DNA of 64,000 nt from Candidatus Bathyarchaeota archaeon (lineage in GTDB: Archaea > Thermoproteota > Bathyarchaeia > Bathyarchaeales > Bathycorpusculaceae): the NCBI GenBank assembly GCA_963720565.1, contig CAVRFW010000008.1:32001-96000 (forward strand), written 5' to 3'. How positions within the stretch are numbered: position 1 is the first letter of the stretch; the number at the start of each line of letters is the position of its first letter. Shown piece after piece: positions 10,525-21,038 of the stretch. The position numbers and the translations under genes were made by a program. The notes beneath the pieces were generated by a model. That model saw only the letters and a program-made list of their open reading frames with translations, was not told the DNA's origin and searched no databases.

Positions 10525-10628
10525 GCAGTTAGATTCCACCATTTCCCCATCTCTTCTTTTCTCTTCTTAAGAGACTAGTTTGTCGTGTAGGCGCCCACTG
10601 GAACCTATGTGCACCAATCTGAATTGTG

Positions 10629-12215
10629 CTACACGGTTTTTTTCGAAAAGATGTTTCCGGCTACTATTGTCATCTCCACGTTGATGTTCGAAATTTGGTT
10701 TGGTGCAGTGGTAAGCGGATCATTTGATAGAACCGTCAAATCTGCCAGTTTGCCCGCTTCAATTGACCCTTTGCTGCTTTCTTCATTGGTTGAATATGCA
10801 GCGTCGACCGTGTACATGCGCAAAGCCTGTTCAATACTTAGCCGCTCTTCACGAAAATACTCTCTTAACACAGCGTCTTGCATCCCCAGAAGGGGATTAA
10901 GAGGCTCCATTGGACAGTCGGAGCCACCGATGACTCGTACGCCCTTCCCGATAAGGGTTTTCAGCGGATAAAGCCACCTAGCTCGCCGTGCACCTAGGCT
11001 GTCTGTAGCAGACCATACCGAGAATTCTGAGAGCATGACACGAGGTTGAACTGACACGATTACCTGCTGCTTTTCCATCCTATCAATAAGGGATTCATTA
11101 AGAACCGCGCCATGCTCAATGCGAAAACGAACGGTGTTACCATGCGATTTTGTGTTTCGTTCAATGGCGGTCAAGGCAACATCGATAGCCCTGTCACCTA
11201 CAGCGTGTATTACAGGCTGAAGCCCAGTTTCGAGTATTCTATATGTTGCGTTGATCAATTCATCTTGACTGCAAAGCAGTTTTCCGGTGTCGCCTGGTTT
11301 GTTCTGGTAGGGTTGAAGCAGCGCCGCGGTTTTCGAGGCTAAATACTCATCTGCTGAAAGCATTACGCCGCCAATTCGCAACCAAGGATTACCGATTATG
11401 TTAACCATTGCAGCCTCATCCAGCAGATTGACCGGAATTATCACGTATACTCGTATGGGAAGATTTCTGCTGGACCTCAGTTTCTTGACTATTGAAATCT
11501 CGTTCTCTGAAGAAAGCAGCCAATGTATGCTGGTAAGTCCGACTTCGGCCATCTTGTTGAGGGCTAATCTAGTGGCTTTCAAGAGTTCATCTTGGCGTGG
11601 TTCAGGCACTGCTTTCCAAGCTAAATCCGTCGCTGTGTCCCGCAGTATTCCTAAAGGTTTCCCCGTCTCAGGATCTTTGTCTATCACGCCACCTGCAGGC
11701 GCTACTGTCGACTCTGTTATTCCAGCTAACTCTAAACCCCTGCTGTTCACCGCACAGATCATGTCGCGTTCATGATAGAGAACCACGGGGTTGCTCGGAG
11801 AAGCAGTGTCAATTTCAGAGAGATGGGGAAAGCGCTTTTCTTTGAAGCATTTTTGGTTCCAACCGCGACCTAAGATCCACTGACCTACCGGAGTTTTCTT
11901 GACGCGTTCGCTGAGGCGACGCTGCATTTCTGCAACGGATTCCGCACCCCGCAAGTCAAGCCACATGAGGAAACGACCAAAATCCACAACATGAACGTGC
12001 GCATCAATAAACCCTGGGAATACTGTCTTTCCCTGGAGTTTGACGATTCGAGTTCTTTTTCCAATGAACTGGCCAACTTCAGCGTTCGTGCCAACCTTGA
12101 TGATTCTGTCCTTTTTTATGGCAATTGCTTCAGCAAGGGGCTGAGAATAGTTCATGGTTCGAACGTTCGCTTCAACGAGAGCCAAATCCGCTAACAAGGC
12201 TACCAATTTTCCCAA
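10629..12215 (-). CDS. Amidohydrolase family 3 (YtcJ-like) metallo-hydrolase
   Basis: PGFIDAHVH, HAVGD, RIEH, GSDCP, GSIEAGKLAD. Confidence 0.9.
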   Translation of the reverse strand: MGKLVALLADLALVEANVRTMNYSQPLAEAIAIKKDRIIKVGTNAEVGQFIGKRTRIVKLQGKTVFPGFIDAHVHVVDFGRFLMWLDLRGAESVAEMQRRLSERVKKTPVGQWILGRGWNQKCFKEKRFPHLSEIDTASPSNPVVLYHERDMICAVNSRGLELAGITESTVAPAGGVIDKDPETGKPLGILRDTATDLAWKAVPEPRQDELLKATRLALNKMAEVGLTSIHWLLSSENEISIVKKLRSSRNLPIRVYVIIPVNLLDEAAMVNIIGNPWLRIGGVMLSADEYLASKTAALLQPYQNKPGDTGKLLCSQDELINATYRILETGLQPVIHAVGDRAIDVALTAIERNTKSHGNTVRFRIEHGAVLNESLIDRMEKQQVIVSVQPRVMLSEFSVWSATDSLGARRARWLYPLKTLIGKGVRVIGGSDCPMEPLNPLLGMQDAVLREYFREERLSIEQALRMYTVDAAYSTNEESSKGSIEAGKLADLTVLSNDPLTTAPNQISNINVEMTIVAGNIFSKKTV

Positions 12216-12710
12216 ATTCTCTATGCGACAAATCGCTATTAAGAATCTGACATAAAAAACCTTGCGTATAGCTTAAGCAACCGGAATGCGCACAGAATAT
12301 TCTAGAAGTAAGTTCAATCCGGTTTTGGCAGGTATATTTCTAATCACAATGTTTGGACATTAATTCCAATTCATAAGTGATAAATCAAGAATGGGTCGAC
12401 ATAACGACGATGAAAAATGGAATATGACGTGGAAATTCCATGCTCCGCCTGCCAGCTTTGGGATCAAGAAAAGAAGAGTTTTTCCTGCGACCCAAACAGG
12501 TGCGAGAAACTTTCTCTTTGGTTGCTAAAGCATGCTCAAAACACGACGTTAGATTTGAACAAGACAGTCCAATATGTAGTGTAGTGTCAACAAACGCTTT
12601 TCCAAGCGAACCCGTGTATTGTCCTAGTATCTTTTCTTGGGAGAAATATGTCGATATTGGAAATAACCGAAATTATAGTCACAGACAGAAAGCTACTCGG
12701 TTGAAATAGT

Positions 12711-12992
12711 ATGCAAGAACCGGGAAACGGACAATCGTCAGTTAGCCCACAGAGTTTCATGGAAATAAAGGATGCTTTAAGGAAGACTCTTCACGTTATG
12801 ATAGATCTTGATTTTGAGGATGGAAAACTGGACGGAGTGATAAACAGTTTTCTTGACGCCAAGAGATTTCAAATAAGCTTGACCTTTAACCTTAACCCGA
12901 ATGACGTTATTTTTGTTAGAAACCTGACTAGAAACGAAGTTACAGATGAAGTTCTGGAAAACATAAGAAGACTTAGAAACGGATTGAGCTGA
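12711..12992 (+). CDS. Small hypothetical protein
   Basis: 93-aa ATG ORF with protein-like composition; no recognised motif. Confidence 0.5.
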   Translation: MQEPGNGQSSVSPQSFMEIKDALRKTLHVMIDLDFEDGKLDGVINSFLDAKRFQISLTFNLNPNDVIFVRNLTRNEVTDEVLENIRRLRNGLS

Positions 12993-13206
12993 AGTCTCAC
13001 ACTCTCATTTTGAAGACGAAAGCAAAGCGCACTCAGCAATATTTCACATGGGGTGTGCTTAGCGTTCTAGACATCATTAACAGGTATACTCTGGATAAAT
13101 TGAGCGTGAGTTCTCCATTGCAATCAAAAAAGGGATATGAAGCGGAGTAGATTTCTGCTTTCGGTACGTTTCACGTTTAGCTAGAGGAGAAAGCCGGAGG
13201 TTACGT

Positions 13207-13569
13207 TTATGGAACAACAACCGTTGCCCGGAAATCATATCCGCCGTTTTGAGTTACTATGTATTTGGCCTGTGCGACACCAGCAGTATCAGTGAGTCCA
13301 GTTGCAAAATATGTAAACTCTCCACCGCTAAGTGAATAGTAGAAATCGACGCTAATGCCAGCTCCGACGGCAACGGCGTTGTTTGCGACTGCAGCGTTCA
13401 ATGTTATTTCACTACCTGCGACTGAAGAAGTTAGAACAGCTGCATATTGCATATCCACATGTACAACGTTGCTTTGGGCGTACAAAAGTCCATATGCAGT
13501 TAGGCTACTTCCAGCTAAGCAGAGAAATACGGCAACAATCAATAATGGTTTTCTATAGGTCTTCAACAA
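13207..13569 (-). CDS. Small secreted or membrane-anchored Ig-like beta-sandwich protein
   Basis: GGAGGTGA SD upstream; signal-peptide-like N-terminus; beta-rich body with TDTAGVA motif. Confidence 0.7.
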   Translation of the reverse strand: MLKTYRKPLLIVAVFLCLAGSSLTAYGLLYAQSNVVHVDMQYAAVLTSSVAGSEITLNAAVANNAVAVGAGISVDFYYSLSGGEFTYFATGLTDTAGVAQAKYIVTQNGGYDFRATVVVP

Positions 13570-13863
13570 GTTTTTTCACCTCCATCAGACGATAGTTCAA
13601 GTAACAACTTGGTCACGCGTGCCAGCTGTGAACGGGTTGAATATGATTTCTGGATAGCCCTATTGCCTCACAGAAAACAACAAGCCGGCGGTTGCGTGCA
13701 CGGGTGAGAAATCCCGCAAGGTATTCCCTGTCACTCAGATTCGTTCACCTTGAAAACAGTCCTTGTTGGAAGATAAGTGATTTATGAACCAAAAATAACT
13801 ATTCGGTATAAGGGAACGTCAAAATACGCGTCTATTACGGAGCTCCCACGGCTCGCCTTACCG

Positions 13864-15267
13864 TTACTTCTTGCTGAATCTGGGGGTTTTTTCCCACTTG
13901 GGTGTAGTTGTCAAATTCTTGACCAATGCGGATGTTACACAAGGAATCCAGTGGTATGTATAAGCAGCCGCTATAAACACGAGAGGTATTATTTGCCACC
14001 TTGGATACTCTTTCCTTTCTTTCCATAAACCATATCCAAAAAGAGGGGCAAACGAGAATCCATTCGACATCGTAAAGGCAAATGGAAAAAGATTGGCCAC
14101 TTCAATTATTCCCAATAGGCTTAATCCAGTCCAAGCCCAACATACAAAAACAAAAACCGGCAATATAACATGCACTAAATATATGGAGATGTCAAGTTTG
14201 GTTTTGAGACTAATTTTTGTCCGCCAGAAACTTGGGTTAAGAACAAAGCGGTTCAGAGTCTGAATTGTTCCCCAGGCCCAACGTTCTCTTTGACGAAACA
14301 TAGTAAGCAAAGTCTCCGTACCCTCTTGCGAGACGTCAGTGTTGTCGATGTAAACGTTTTTCCATTGGTTGGTTAGCAGACGGACCCCCAAATCCAAGTC
14401 TTCAGTCAAAGCTCCGTTGTTCCAATATTGTTTCTGATGCTCCACAGCAATAGTATCTAGAGCAGACGCTCTAACAAATTGACCGTTTCCTCCTAGTGCA
14501 ACAGATCCCGCAAAGTTTGTTCGAGCGAATTGTATGACTCTGGCGAAAGCCAAAAACTCTATGTCTTGCATTTTAGCAAGAAATGAAGTCTTGCAGTTTT
14601 TGATACGCACAAGTGTTTGAACACCTCCAACCTTAGGATCATTGAACTGAAACGAAACTTTCTTGAGCATATCAGGTTTGGGGCACGCATCGGAGTCAAA
14701 AACACCGATTATCCAGCGATGCCTGGGCGTGATTTCAATTCCACGCCAAGTGAGAAGAAAATCAGCAAATCCCAAATTCAACGCTACACTTTTTCCTCTA
14801 CCCCCGTTAAATGGTTGGACATTCATCAGTTTAAGCCCGGGATATTTTCTTTGGAGATCCTTCACTACCTTTTCAGTTTCATCTGTTGAACCGTCATTGA
14901 CAACTACGACTTCAAAAAGTTCAGGGGGATAATTCATGTTCAAAACGCGCTCTAGAGTTGCACGTATTACTTTCCCCTCGTTATGTGCAGGAACGACAAT
15001 ACTGAAGTAATGCCCGAAGTCTTCACCCTTCTTTGAATGCCCCCTGGCAATTATCGCTAACAAAAAGATGTTGTACAGAGTGCATGTTATAATGAAGTAA
15101 ATTGTCAAGAGAGTTGTGTCAATAACAAGACCGGGGATCATTAAACCTACAATTAAAGTTGCACCAATAATGAATAGGGGAATAAGAAAACTCACCCCCA
15201 AAGTCACTGTGACGTAGGCAAGTCGGTCGAGTATGCGTTTAGCAGAGTAGCGAGTTATTCTCTGCAA
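13864..15267 (-). CDS. Processive GT2 glycosyltransferase (cellulose synthase/PgaC-like)
   Basis: PAHNE, NDGSTD, DSD, TEDLD and QRERW motifs; N- and C-terminal TM helices. Confidence 0.9.
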   Translation of the reverse strand: MQRITRYSAKRILDRLAYVTVTLGVSFLIPLFIIGATLIVGLMIPGLVIDTTLLTIYFIITCTLYNIFLLAIIARGHSKKGEDFGHYFSIVVPAHNEGKVIRATLERVLNMNYPPELFEVVVVNDGSTDETEKVVKDLQRKYPGLKLMNVQPFNGGRGKSVALNLGFADFLLTWRGIEITPRHRWIIGVFDSDACPKPDMLKKVSFQFNDPKVGGVQTLVRIKNCKTSFLAKMQDIEFLAFARVIQFARTNFAGSVALGGNGQFVRASALDTIAVEHQKQYWNNGALTEDLDLGVRLLTNQWKNVYIDNTDVSQEGTETLLTMFRQRERWAWGTIQTLNRFVLNPSFWRTKISLKTKLDISIYLVHVILPVFVFVCWAWTGLSLLGIIEVANLFPFAFTMSNGFSFAPLFGYGLWKERKEYPRWQIIPLVFIAAAYTYHWIPCVTSALVKNLTTTPKWEKTPRFSKK

Positions 15268-16652
15268 GATACCACGCTTTCATCTTTTCCCGTTTCTGCG
15301 ATAAGTTCAAGGTCGTCATGTTCTGTGGCAACAGCTGGGTCTGGATTCAAGGTTTTTTCGTCTGCTACTGATGTTTTGAATTCAATCTTTCCCGCCGCTT
15401 TAATTGAACCATGAACTACAGAATCCGCACCAATTACGACGTTTCCACCAGAAACTATGTTGCCTTCAATCACTGTTTCAGATCCTACTATTATGTCACC
15501 TAGAGCTTTCAGTTTTCGTGACATTCGGCATCTGTCGCCGATTTTTAGAGTTCCCTTAACAACTAGCAATTCATTCACATTTGTTCCTGAGGGTATTTCT
15601 AAATCTCCAATTACTGCAGTCACGTTGTCGCCGACAGTAAAAACTTCAGCTTTGATATCGGCTGGAAAATTGGGGATTTCTTCACTCTCGGAAACGCCGT
15701 CTTTGTGAGGCTGATAATTATTAACTATCGGCGCCTTCTGTTGAACATCTTTAATTTCAATTGGGCTGACACTCACAGACTTCTGCGGAGGATTGCACGC
15801 GTTTTGCTTAGTGAATATTTGATCAGTTGGATAGTTTGGGTGAAACGATACGCTGGGTTCTCTCGATGTTTTGTTTGTGTCTTTCTGGCAGTATTTCACT
15901 AAAGCTGTCTTGCCGCTGACGCCGTCAATTTGTAGGGCGACCTCCTTTGAGGTCTTCGAGTCTTGAAATGTAAGCTCGTATATTGGTTTGTAGATTAAGG
16001 TACGTTCTGTGATCTCGAATACTTCTCTCATAATCTCTGCAATGTCTTTGGGTCTTTGAGCGATTTTTGCACGGAGAAATTCTATATCAGCTTCTGTTGA
16101 ATTGTTACATTTCCTGAAACTCAGGTTGGCGTTTTTCGGATGTTCCAGCTGATCTTCACAGGGAGCAAAAGAAAATGTTTCAGGTGAAACCTCTCTTCTG
16201 AATCTGTCAAGAACAAAATAGGTTTCTTTTTCGTAATGGACGATTTCTTCGCCTACGAGTTTTATGATTCTGGTTGGTTGATCACCTTCGCTTGAAGGTT
16301 CGCTCTTAAATTTTTTGCCGCCAACAAAAATCTCTCTGGTATTTTCCTCCACTTTAACGTTGCATACGTGTTGCCTACAATAATCAATTGAATAAGTTCC
16401 GCCGATGACAATATATGGCTCATAGTACTTCTCAAAGCCAACAAGCTGAACGGCTTCGGCATTTGGTCTTAGGAAACCGTAGTTTCTGAAGAGGGTTCTC
16501 TTCATTTGTTCGCCTTGGCTTCTAGCCATTCTGGAATCAATCCGAGACTTCAAGACTGCGGTCTTTGTGTCAACTACTTTTTGCGGCAGAACAGCTATCT
16601 CTGTCATTTTAACCCACTTCCATTCTGGTTTCCCCGATTGACTAATTAGCAC
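15255..16652 (-). CDS. Hypothetical protein with C-terminal bactofilin/beta-helix-like repeat region
   Basis: Repeating VxGxLxIG/IxGNIxSGGNVxIG units at C-terminus; overlaps the GT2 start; true start may be about 16607 (MTEIAV). Confidence 0.65.
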   Translation of the reverse strand: MLISQSGKPEWKWVKMTEIAVLPQKVVDTKTAVLKSRIDSRMARSQGEQMKRTLFRNYGFLRPNAEAVQLVGFEKYYEPYIVIGGTYSIDYCRQHVCNVKVEENTREIFVGGKKFKSEPSSEGDQPTRIIKLVGEEIVHYEKETYFVLDRFRREVSPETFSFAPCEDQLEHPKNANLSFRKCNNSTEADIEFLRAKIAQRPKDIAEIMREVFEITERTLIYKPIYELTFQDSKTSKEVALQIDGVSGKTALVKYCQKDTNKTSREPSVSFHPNYPTDQIFTKQNACNPPQKSVSVSPIEIKDVQQKAPIVNNYQPHKDGVSESEEIPNFPADIKAEVFTVGDNVTAVIGDLEIPSGTNVNELLVVKGTLKIGDRCRMSRKLKALGDIIVGSETVIEGNIVSGGNVVIGADSVVHGSIKAAGKIEFKTSVADEKTLNPDPAVATEHDDLELIAETGKDESVVSCRE

Positions 16653-16819
16653 TTATGAATCAGTACTCCACATCTGGTTTTAGCATCCTTTTCTGAGATC
16701 AAAACATGCCATTCAGTTCACGTTCAGACTTTACAGAGCGAGAAAAAGGGCATAAATTGGAAAAAATGAATTAGTGAAGCGAGCATTTGCTCGTTTCTTC
16801 ACTTTTCGGGTTTCTTTCT

Positions 16820-17122
16820 TCACGGTTTAGAAGATTTTTGGTCCTCTGCGCCTCGAAGGTTTCTGTTGCCATGTGGGAATGTTGGAACAGTGTAGACTTC
16901 GGTGACGCCGGTCATGTCTTTTACCTTTTTCTGGACAAATTCAAGTGCTTGACCACTGTCTTCAGCGTTGATCCAAATACCAACGTCCCAAGCACCGAAA
17001 ATGTTCATAGTGTAGCAGAGGTCTACGCCGGAAACCGGTTTTTCAGAGAGATTGCGTATAGCGCCCAAAGTGTCCATTATCTTTCCTGGATTGAGTTTCA
17101 TCAGAACCAAATAGTCAGTCAT
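16820..17122 (-). CDS. Stand-alone Lrp/AsnC ligand-binding (RAM)-like domain protein
   Basis: FGAWDVGIWINAED and VKDMTGVTEVYT pattern; no HTH. Confidence 0.6.
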   Translation of the reverse strand: MTDYLVLMKLNPGKIMDTLGAIRNLSEKPVSGVDLCYTMNIFGAWDVGIWINAEDSGQALEFVQKKVKDMTGVTEVYTVPTFPHGNRNLRGAEDQKSSKP

Positions 17123-17259
17123 TTTCTTAGTTTTCCTCCCGTTTTTTGTTTGAATGCTGATTCTCGTCTGATTAACTTAACATTTATGAAGCATGAATAT
17201 TGATAAGCCGTCCAACTTGTCAAGAAGCCAGATGCAAGCCATTGCCGATTCTTACGGGT

Positions 17260-18219
17260 TCAATTGAGCGTCTTAATAATCGTCTCGGCGAACAGTCTTA
17301 GTCCATCTGTGCTTGGAAGGTCTCCGAAGAGCAACATGAAGAAGGTAACGCCCAGGTCAACATACTGTTGTATTGAACGAAGGCATTGCTCAGGGGTGCC
17401 CGCAAGATTTGTCTTCGCGAAGTCACTCATGGACATATTTCGGGGTTTTCGCTGAGAGAGGCTTTCATCCAATTCTCTTCGCTGTGACGCGATAAACACT
17501 TGACCTCCAGGCCAGCATGACTTCTCGATTTCCCGATGGTCCCGGCCTATGGCTTTGCAGTACTTCTGCAGAACTGCCAGTTTATGCTTGTACTGTTCTA
17601 TTGATGGCAAGTATCCCCAATCGTACCTGTCTGCGTGTTGTGCCGTTACCTTTAACGTCAGTTTTTCTCCCCCGCCAGCTATCGTTATTGGCGGATGTGG
17701 TTTCTGTACTGGCTTGGGTTCGCAAAAAGCCTCGTCTATTTTGTAGTGTTTTCCCGCATAACTTGTTTTTTCCTGAGTCCACATTTTCTTGAGTATTTCC
17801 ACGGATTCGTTAAGTTTGCTTGTCCTGTCGCTTGGTTTCGGGAAGGGTAATCCATAGGATACGTGCTCGGTTTGTTGGATGCCTGAGCCGATGCCTAGTT
17901 CTAACCTGCCTTGGGATATGTTGTCAATGGTTGCAGCCATCTTGGCAAGCAAAGCTGGGTGTCTGAAAGAATTGCAGGTCGCCATGGTTCCTAGTCTGAT
18001 AGTTCTGGTTTTGGAGGATAGAGCTGAGAGAGTAGTCCAGCATTCAAGGATAGGGCTGTCTTTGAACATTAAATGGTCGTCTATCCATAATGAGTGATAT
18101 CCAAGGCGTTCACATTCGAGGGCAATGTCCTGAATATAACTGAAGTGCTGCTGGGTCTGGGGTCCTTCATGACCGAAAGCATAAAAAGGAAGAAACACGC
18201 CGAACTTGAGTTCTCTCAA
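17260..18219 (-). CDS. LLM-class (probably F420-dependent) oxidoreductase
   Basis: SLWIDDH, ECWTTLSAL, RHPALLAKMAATID, GRLELGIG, PKPVQKPHPPI, GGGEKLTL. Confidence 0.9.
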   Translation of the reverse strand: MRELKFGVFLPFYAFGHEGPQTQQHFSYIQDIALECERLGYHSLWIDDHLMFKDSPILECWTTLSALSSKTRTIRLGTMATCNSFRHPALLAKMAATIDNISQGRLELGIGSGIQQTEHVSYGLPFPKPSDRTSKLNESVEILKKMWTQEKTSYAGKHYKIDEAFCEPKPVQKPHPPITIAGGGEKLTLKVTAQHADRYDWGYLPSIEQYKHKLAVLQKYCKAIGRDHREIEKSCWPGGQVFIASQRRELDESLSQRKPRNMSMSDFAKTNLAGTPEQCLRSIQQYVDLGVTFFMLLFGDLPSTDGLRLFAETIIKTLN

Positions 18220-18335
18220 CCGTTTCCCTAGTTAGAGTATTATGTGCAATATAATATTTAGTTGCAGAGCCCAGCCCATGGAAGAATACCGAGAATAGAC
18301 GTCTTCAAGAATAGACTTTTAACGGAATAGGATTT

Positions 18336-18366
18336 AAGAAAAAAGAAAGTTTGGAAAAAGAGAAAA
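18336..18366 (-). terminator. U-rich archaeal terminator after cdhE
   Basis: Minus-strand T-rich tract immediately after the stop codon. Confidence 0.45.
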
Positions 18367-18368
18367 GG

Positions 18369-19805
18369 TTAGGGCTGCCACTTTTCTATGAGATACTTCG
18401 GGATTTCTGAAGAGTCGCGTGGTCCCACTTGAACTTTCCAGCCGCTGAGCTCTTCGATTTCTCCGCTTATTCTTGAAGCTTTGCCGGGGATTATGAGTTT
18501 TCTGTGTTTCACTTTGCCTTCAATGCCTGTGGTTTTGATGGAGTCCGCGACTTTTTCTGCTGTCAATTTGCGTCCGGCGACTCCGCTGTCCACGGCTGAG
18601 CCTTCAGCGTCTACAACGATCAGGTAAGCGTTGAGTTTCGAGCTTTCAAGGTCTGAAGCTACCGTGTAGTAGGTTAAAGCAAAGTTTGTAGTGAAGAATA
18701 CCGGCGAGTTTTCGTCTGGCGTGCCGAACACTTTCAATCCTGGATCTACAGCAACTGGCTTTCTTGGGTCAGTGTAAATGTTTTGTCGAAGCACTGCGTT
18801 GGGGAGAAGTGACCATCCGTCTGCTCCATGCATGATTAAAACGTCTGCATAGCGGACGATGAGCATGCCTGCCAGGTATGCTTCGCGCCACTTGATGATT
18901 TCGTCTGCAGCGTCACCCTTGCCCACCCAAGCAACCATCGGAACGCCTAGTAATGGAAAACCGGCGAGTTCTTCGCCTGCCTTGCAGGCTGCTCGGCGGA
19001 GCATCGTGAAGTTGTTTAGTGTGTCAGCCATTCCTTCGTTGGCGAATGTTCCGGGGTCTAAGACTATGTCTTGTACTCCGTAGTCTTGGAGAGTTTGGGC
19101 TAACGTCACCAGCATGTCCAGGTCGTTTGGTGCCGAAGCTACTATTGGGCAGTTGTACATTAAGGCTAGTTCAGCCATTTCTTTCCAGTTTTCCATGTTT
19201 GCCGCGTACAATAGTGGTCTGGCTTTGGGCACTGCCATCAAACCTGCTTCAGCTATGATGGAGTTCAGAGTGCACAGTATTAGTGGGAGAGTCGTGTTTT
19301 CAGAGACTTTCTTGACGGTTGCCTTGAATTTTTCTGCGTCACCTGAGGTTGATCTGACCGCGATCATGTCCAGTTTTAGTATGTAGCCTATGTATTCGTA
19401 GCTGAATTTTTCCGTGTTCTTTATGCGCTTTAGAACTTCTTCTTCAGGCATCTCGTCTGTGACGTCAATTGCAATAGCGGTTGGATTGAAGTATGTGAAC
19501 TCGTGGCGGTACATGACGAGTTTGCCTCCAAGCTTGACGGCCTTCTCACCGACGCCAACGACTACTTCTTTTATTGCAGGTTTCAGCATTTCTTTTAGTT
19601 GTTTGTAAGCTTTCTCGTGTTCCTTCTTCAGCAAAGGCGGACACTGATCGATGTTTACTTCGCGGTTAACGATTTTTGTGGCGAAAGCCATACAGTTCTC
19701 TTGACCGCATTCTTTGCAGTTTGTCTTGGGAAGCAGTTTGTAAACGTCTATTGGACTGAGTTCTTTAACTCCGACTCTACCTTTTTTTCCACTCATTTCA
19801 TCCAC
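18369..19805 (-). CDS. cdhE: ACDS gamma subunit (corrinoid Fe-S protein, large)
   Basis: LPKTNCKECGQENCMAFA...CP cluster, RQNIYTDP, TNFALTY, VGPRDS. Confidence 0.97.
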   Translation of the reverse strand: MDEMSGKKGRVGVKELSPIDVYKLLPKTNCKECGQENCMAFATKIVNREVNIDQCPPLLKKEHEKAYKQLKEMLKPAIKEVVVGVGEKAVKLGGKLVMYRHEFTYFNPTAIAIDVTDEMPEEEVLKRIKNTEKFSYEYIGYILKLDMIAVRSTSGDAEKFKATVKKVSENTTLPLILCTLNSIIAEAGLMAVPKARPLLYAANMENWKEMAELALMYNCPIVASAPNDLDMLVTLAQTLQDYGVQDIVLDPGTFANEGMADTLNNFTMLRRAACKAGEELAGFPLLGVPMVAWVGKGDAADEIIKWREAYLAGMLIVRYADVLIMHGADGWSLLPNAVLRQNIYTDPRKPVAVDPGLKVFGTPDENSPVFFTTNFALTYYTVASDLESSKLNAYLIVVDAEGSAVDSGVAGRKLTAEKVADSIKTTGIEGKVKHRKLIIPGKASRISGEIEELSGWKVQVGPRDSSEIPKYLIEKWQP

Positions 19806-19810
19806 ATCCT

Positions 19811-21037
19811 CTATGGTTTTGCAGAAATCCAGTCAGCGAAGCTGCTAGCGTCAGCTTTCTTGCCGCTTACTAATTGACGGGTCACGTCTTTTAGTGTCTT
19901 CACTGCAGCTGGATGCATCATCATAAAGAGGTCTACACCTGCAAGCAGAAGTGTTAATGCAGTAGTGACTTCCCATAAGGGGCCTCTTAGCTCACGTGGT
20001 TCCCATTCGGAAGACATTTTCAGCCATGCCTCTCGTGCAGCCCAAGCGTTAGTTGTGCCAGAAGACATTGGATGTGCCAGTTCAGCATCACCCATCAATC
20101 CGCCTATTCTTGCCCTTTCCATGTTTGTGAAAGCGTAGTCTAAACCGTAGCCGAGAGCAGCCGTTGTCAAGTCCATAACTATGTCTTCTCTGCCTAGATA
20201 ATCATATAATCGCCTGTTAAGCTCGCGGGCTAAGTTCAAGTCCATTGGAGTGAAAGACAAAGCCACGTGCCCGTTTTTCTTCACGAATTTTGCGCAACGT
20301 TCGACATCCATGTCAGCAGTTAACGAACTAATTAGGAAACGCTCCCCAGCAAAGGTTTCAGTGATCTCTGCGAAAACAGCAGCGTCCTTTACTGGGTCAC
20401 CGCAACCGCCTATAACGAGCGGCACATCAACTGCTTGGGTGATTGCCTCAACAGTCTTCACAGCATCCTTGGGAGATGCATTCTTTAACAATGGATCAAT
20501 GCTGATTAGATGAACCGTTACCATGTCTGCTCCGAACTTATCAACTGCAAGTTTTGCCCAGGCTGCAGGATCTCCGACTACCTCCTTCACGTGCATCTTT
20601 ACAGCCTTGGACAATGGAACTTCCATGTCGAAGACGTCCAAGGTGACTACTGGAGGATGCGGCATTGTACTCTCAAACGAGTAGAAAGCAGGAGAGGTTT
20701 CACCGCCGATTGTGATTGATCTTCCGCGCGTTCCACCTTCACCTCTGGTGGCGCCCAGTTTTACTTCAGCGATTTTACCGGAATAAGTCTCGATAGGGTA
20801 AGCAAATTTTGTTGAGACAAGTTGTGCAGGTTTTCCCTTCAGGGCTGCGGCTCTTAGCTGAGGCATTAGTTGCCTCGGCAATGAGCCAGATTCGAGCCAT
20901 AGTTCTAGGTCTTTGACTTCTAGCTCGAAGTCTTCAAGCTCGATCTCCTGAGCCTTCGCGAGAAGGTCAAGAAGGTCTGGGCTGATTGCTAAGCCGGAGC
21001 CTTCGTCTTTCTTCTTTTTTTCGGCCACAGGCTTCAC
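19811..21037 (-). CDS. cdhD: ACDS delta subunit (corrinoid Fe-S protein, small)
   Basis: EVKLGAT...GGTR, TTAALGYGLDY, NAWAAREAW, MMMHP. Confidence 0.96.
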   Translation of the reverse strand: MKPVAEKKKKDEGSGLAISPDLLDLLAKAQEIELEDFELEVKDLELWLESGSLPRQLMPQLRAAALKGKPAQLVSTKFAYPIETYSGKIAEVKLGATRGEGGTRGRSITIGGETSPAFYSFESTMPHPPVVTLDVFDMEVPLSKAVKMHVKEVVGDPAAWAKLAVDKFGADMVTVHLISIDPLLKNASPKDAVKTVEAITQAVDVPLVIGGCGDPVKDAAVFAEITETFAGERFLISSLTADMDVERCAKFVKKNGHVALSFTPMDLNLARELNRRLYDYLGREDIVMDLTTAALGYGLDYAFTNMERARIGGLMGDAELAHPMSSGTTNAWAAREAWLKMSSEWEPRELRGPLWEVTTALTLLLAGVDLFMMMHPAAVKTLKDVTRQLVSGKKADASSFADWISAKP

Positions 21038-21038
21038 C

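Noticed and set aside
12440..12709. 89-aa ORF as a real gene
   Set aside because: No motif or clear translation signal; cannot be supported
13600..13760. Cobalamin, FMN or c-di-AMP riboswitch
   Set aside because: Only short fragments resemble the consensus (AGGGAA, GGTGAGAAATCC, AACCCG..CAGCT), and they are in the wrong order or on opposite strands
17260..18219. Methylene-H4MPT reductase (mer)
   Set aside because: Motifs fit generic LLM/F420 oxidoreductases; adjacency to cdh alone is insufficient
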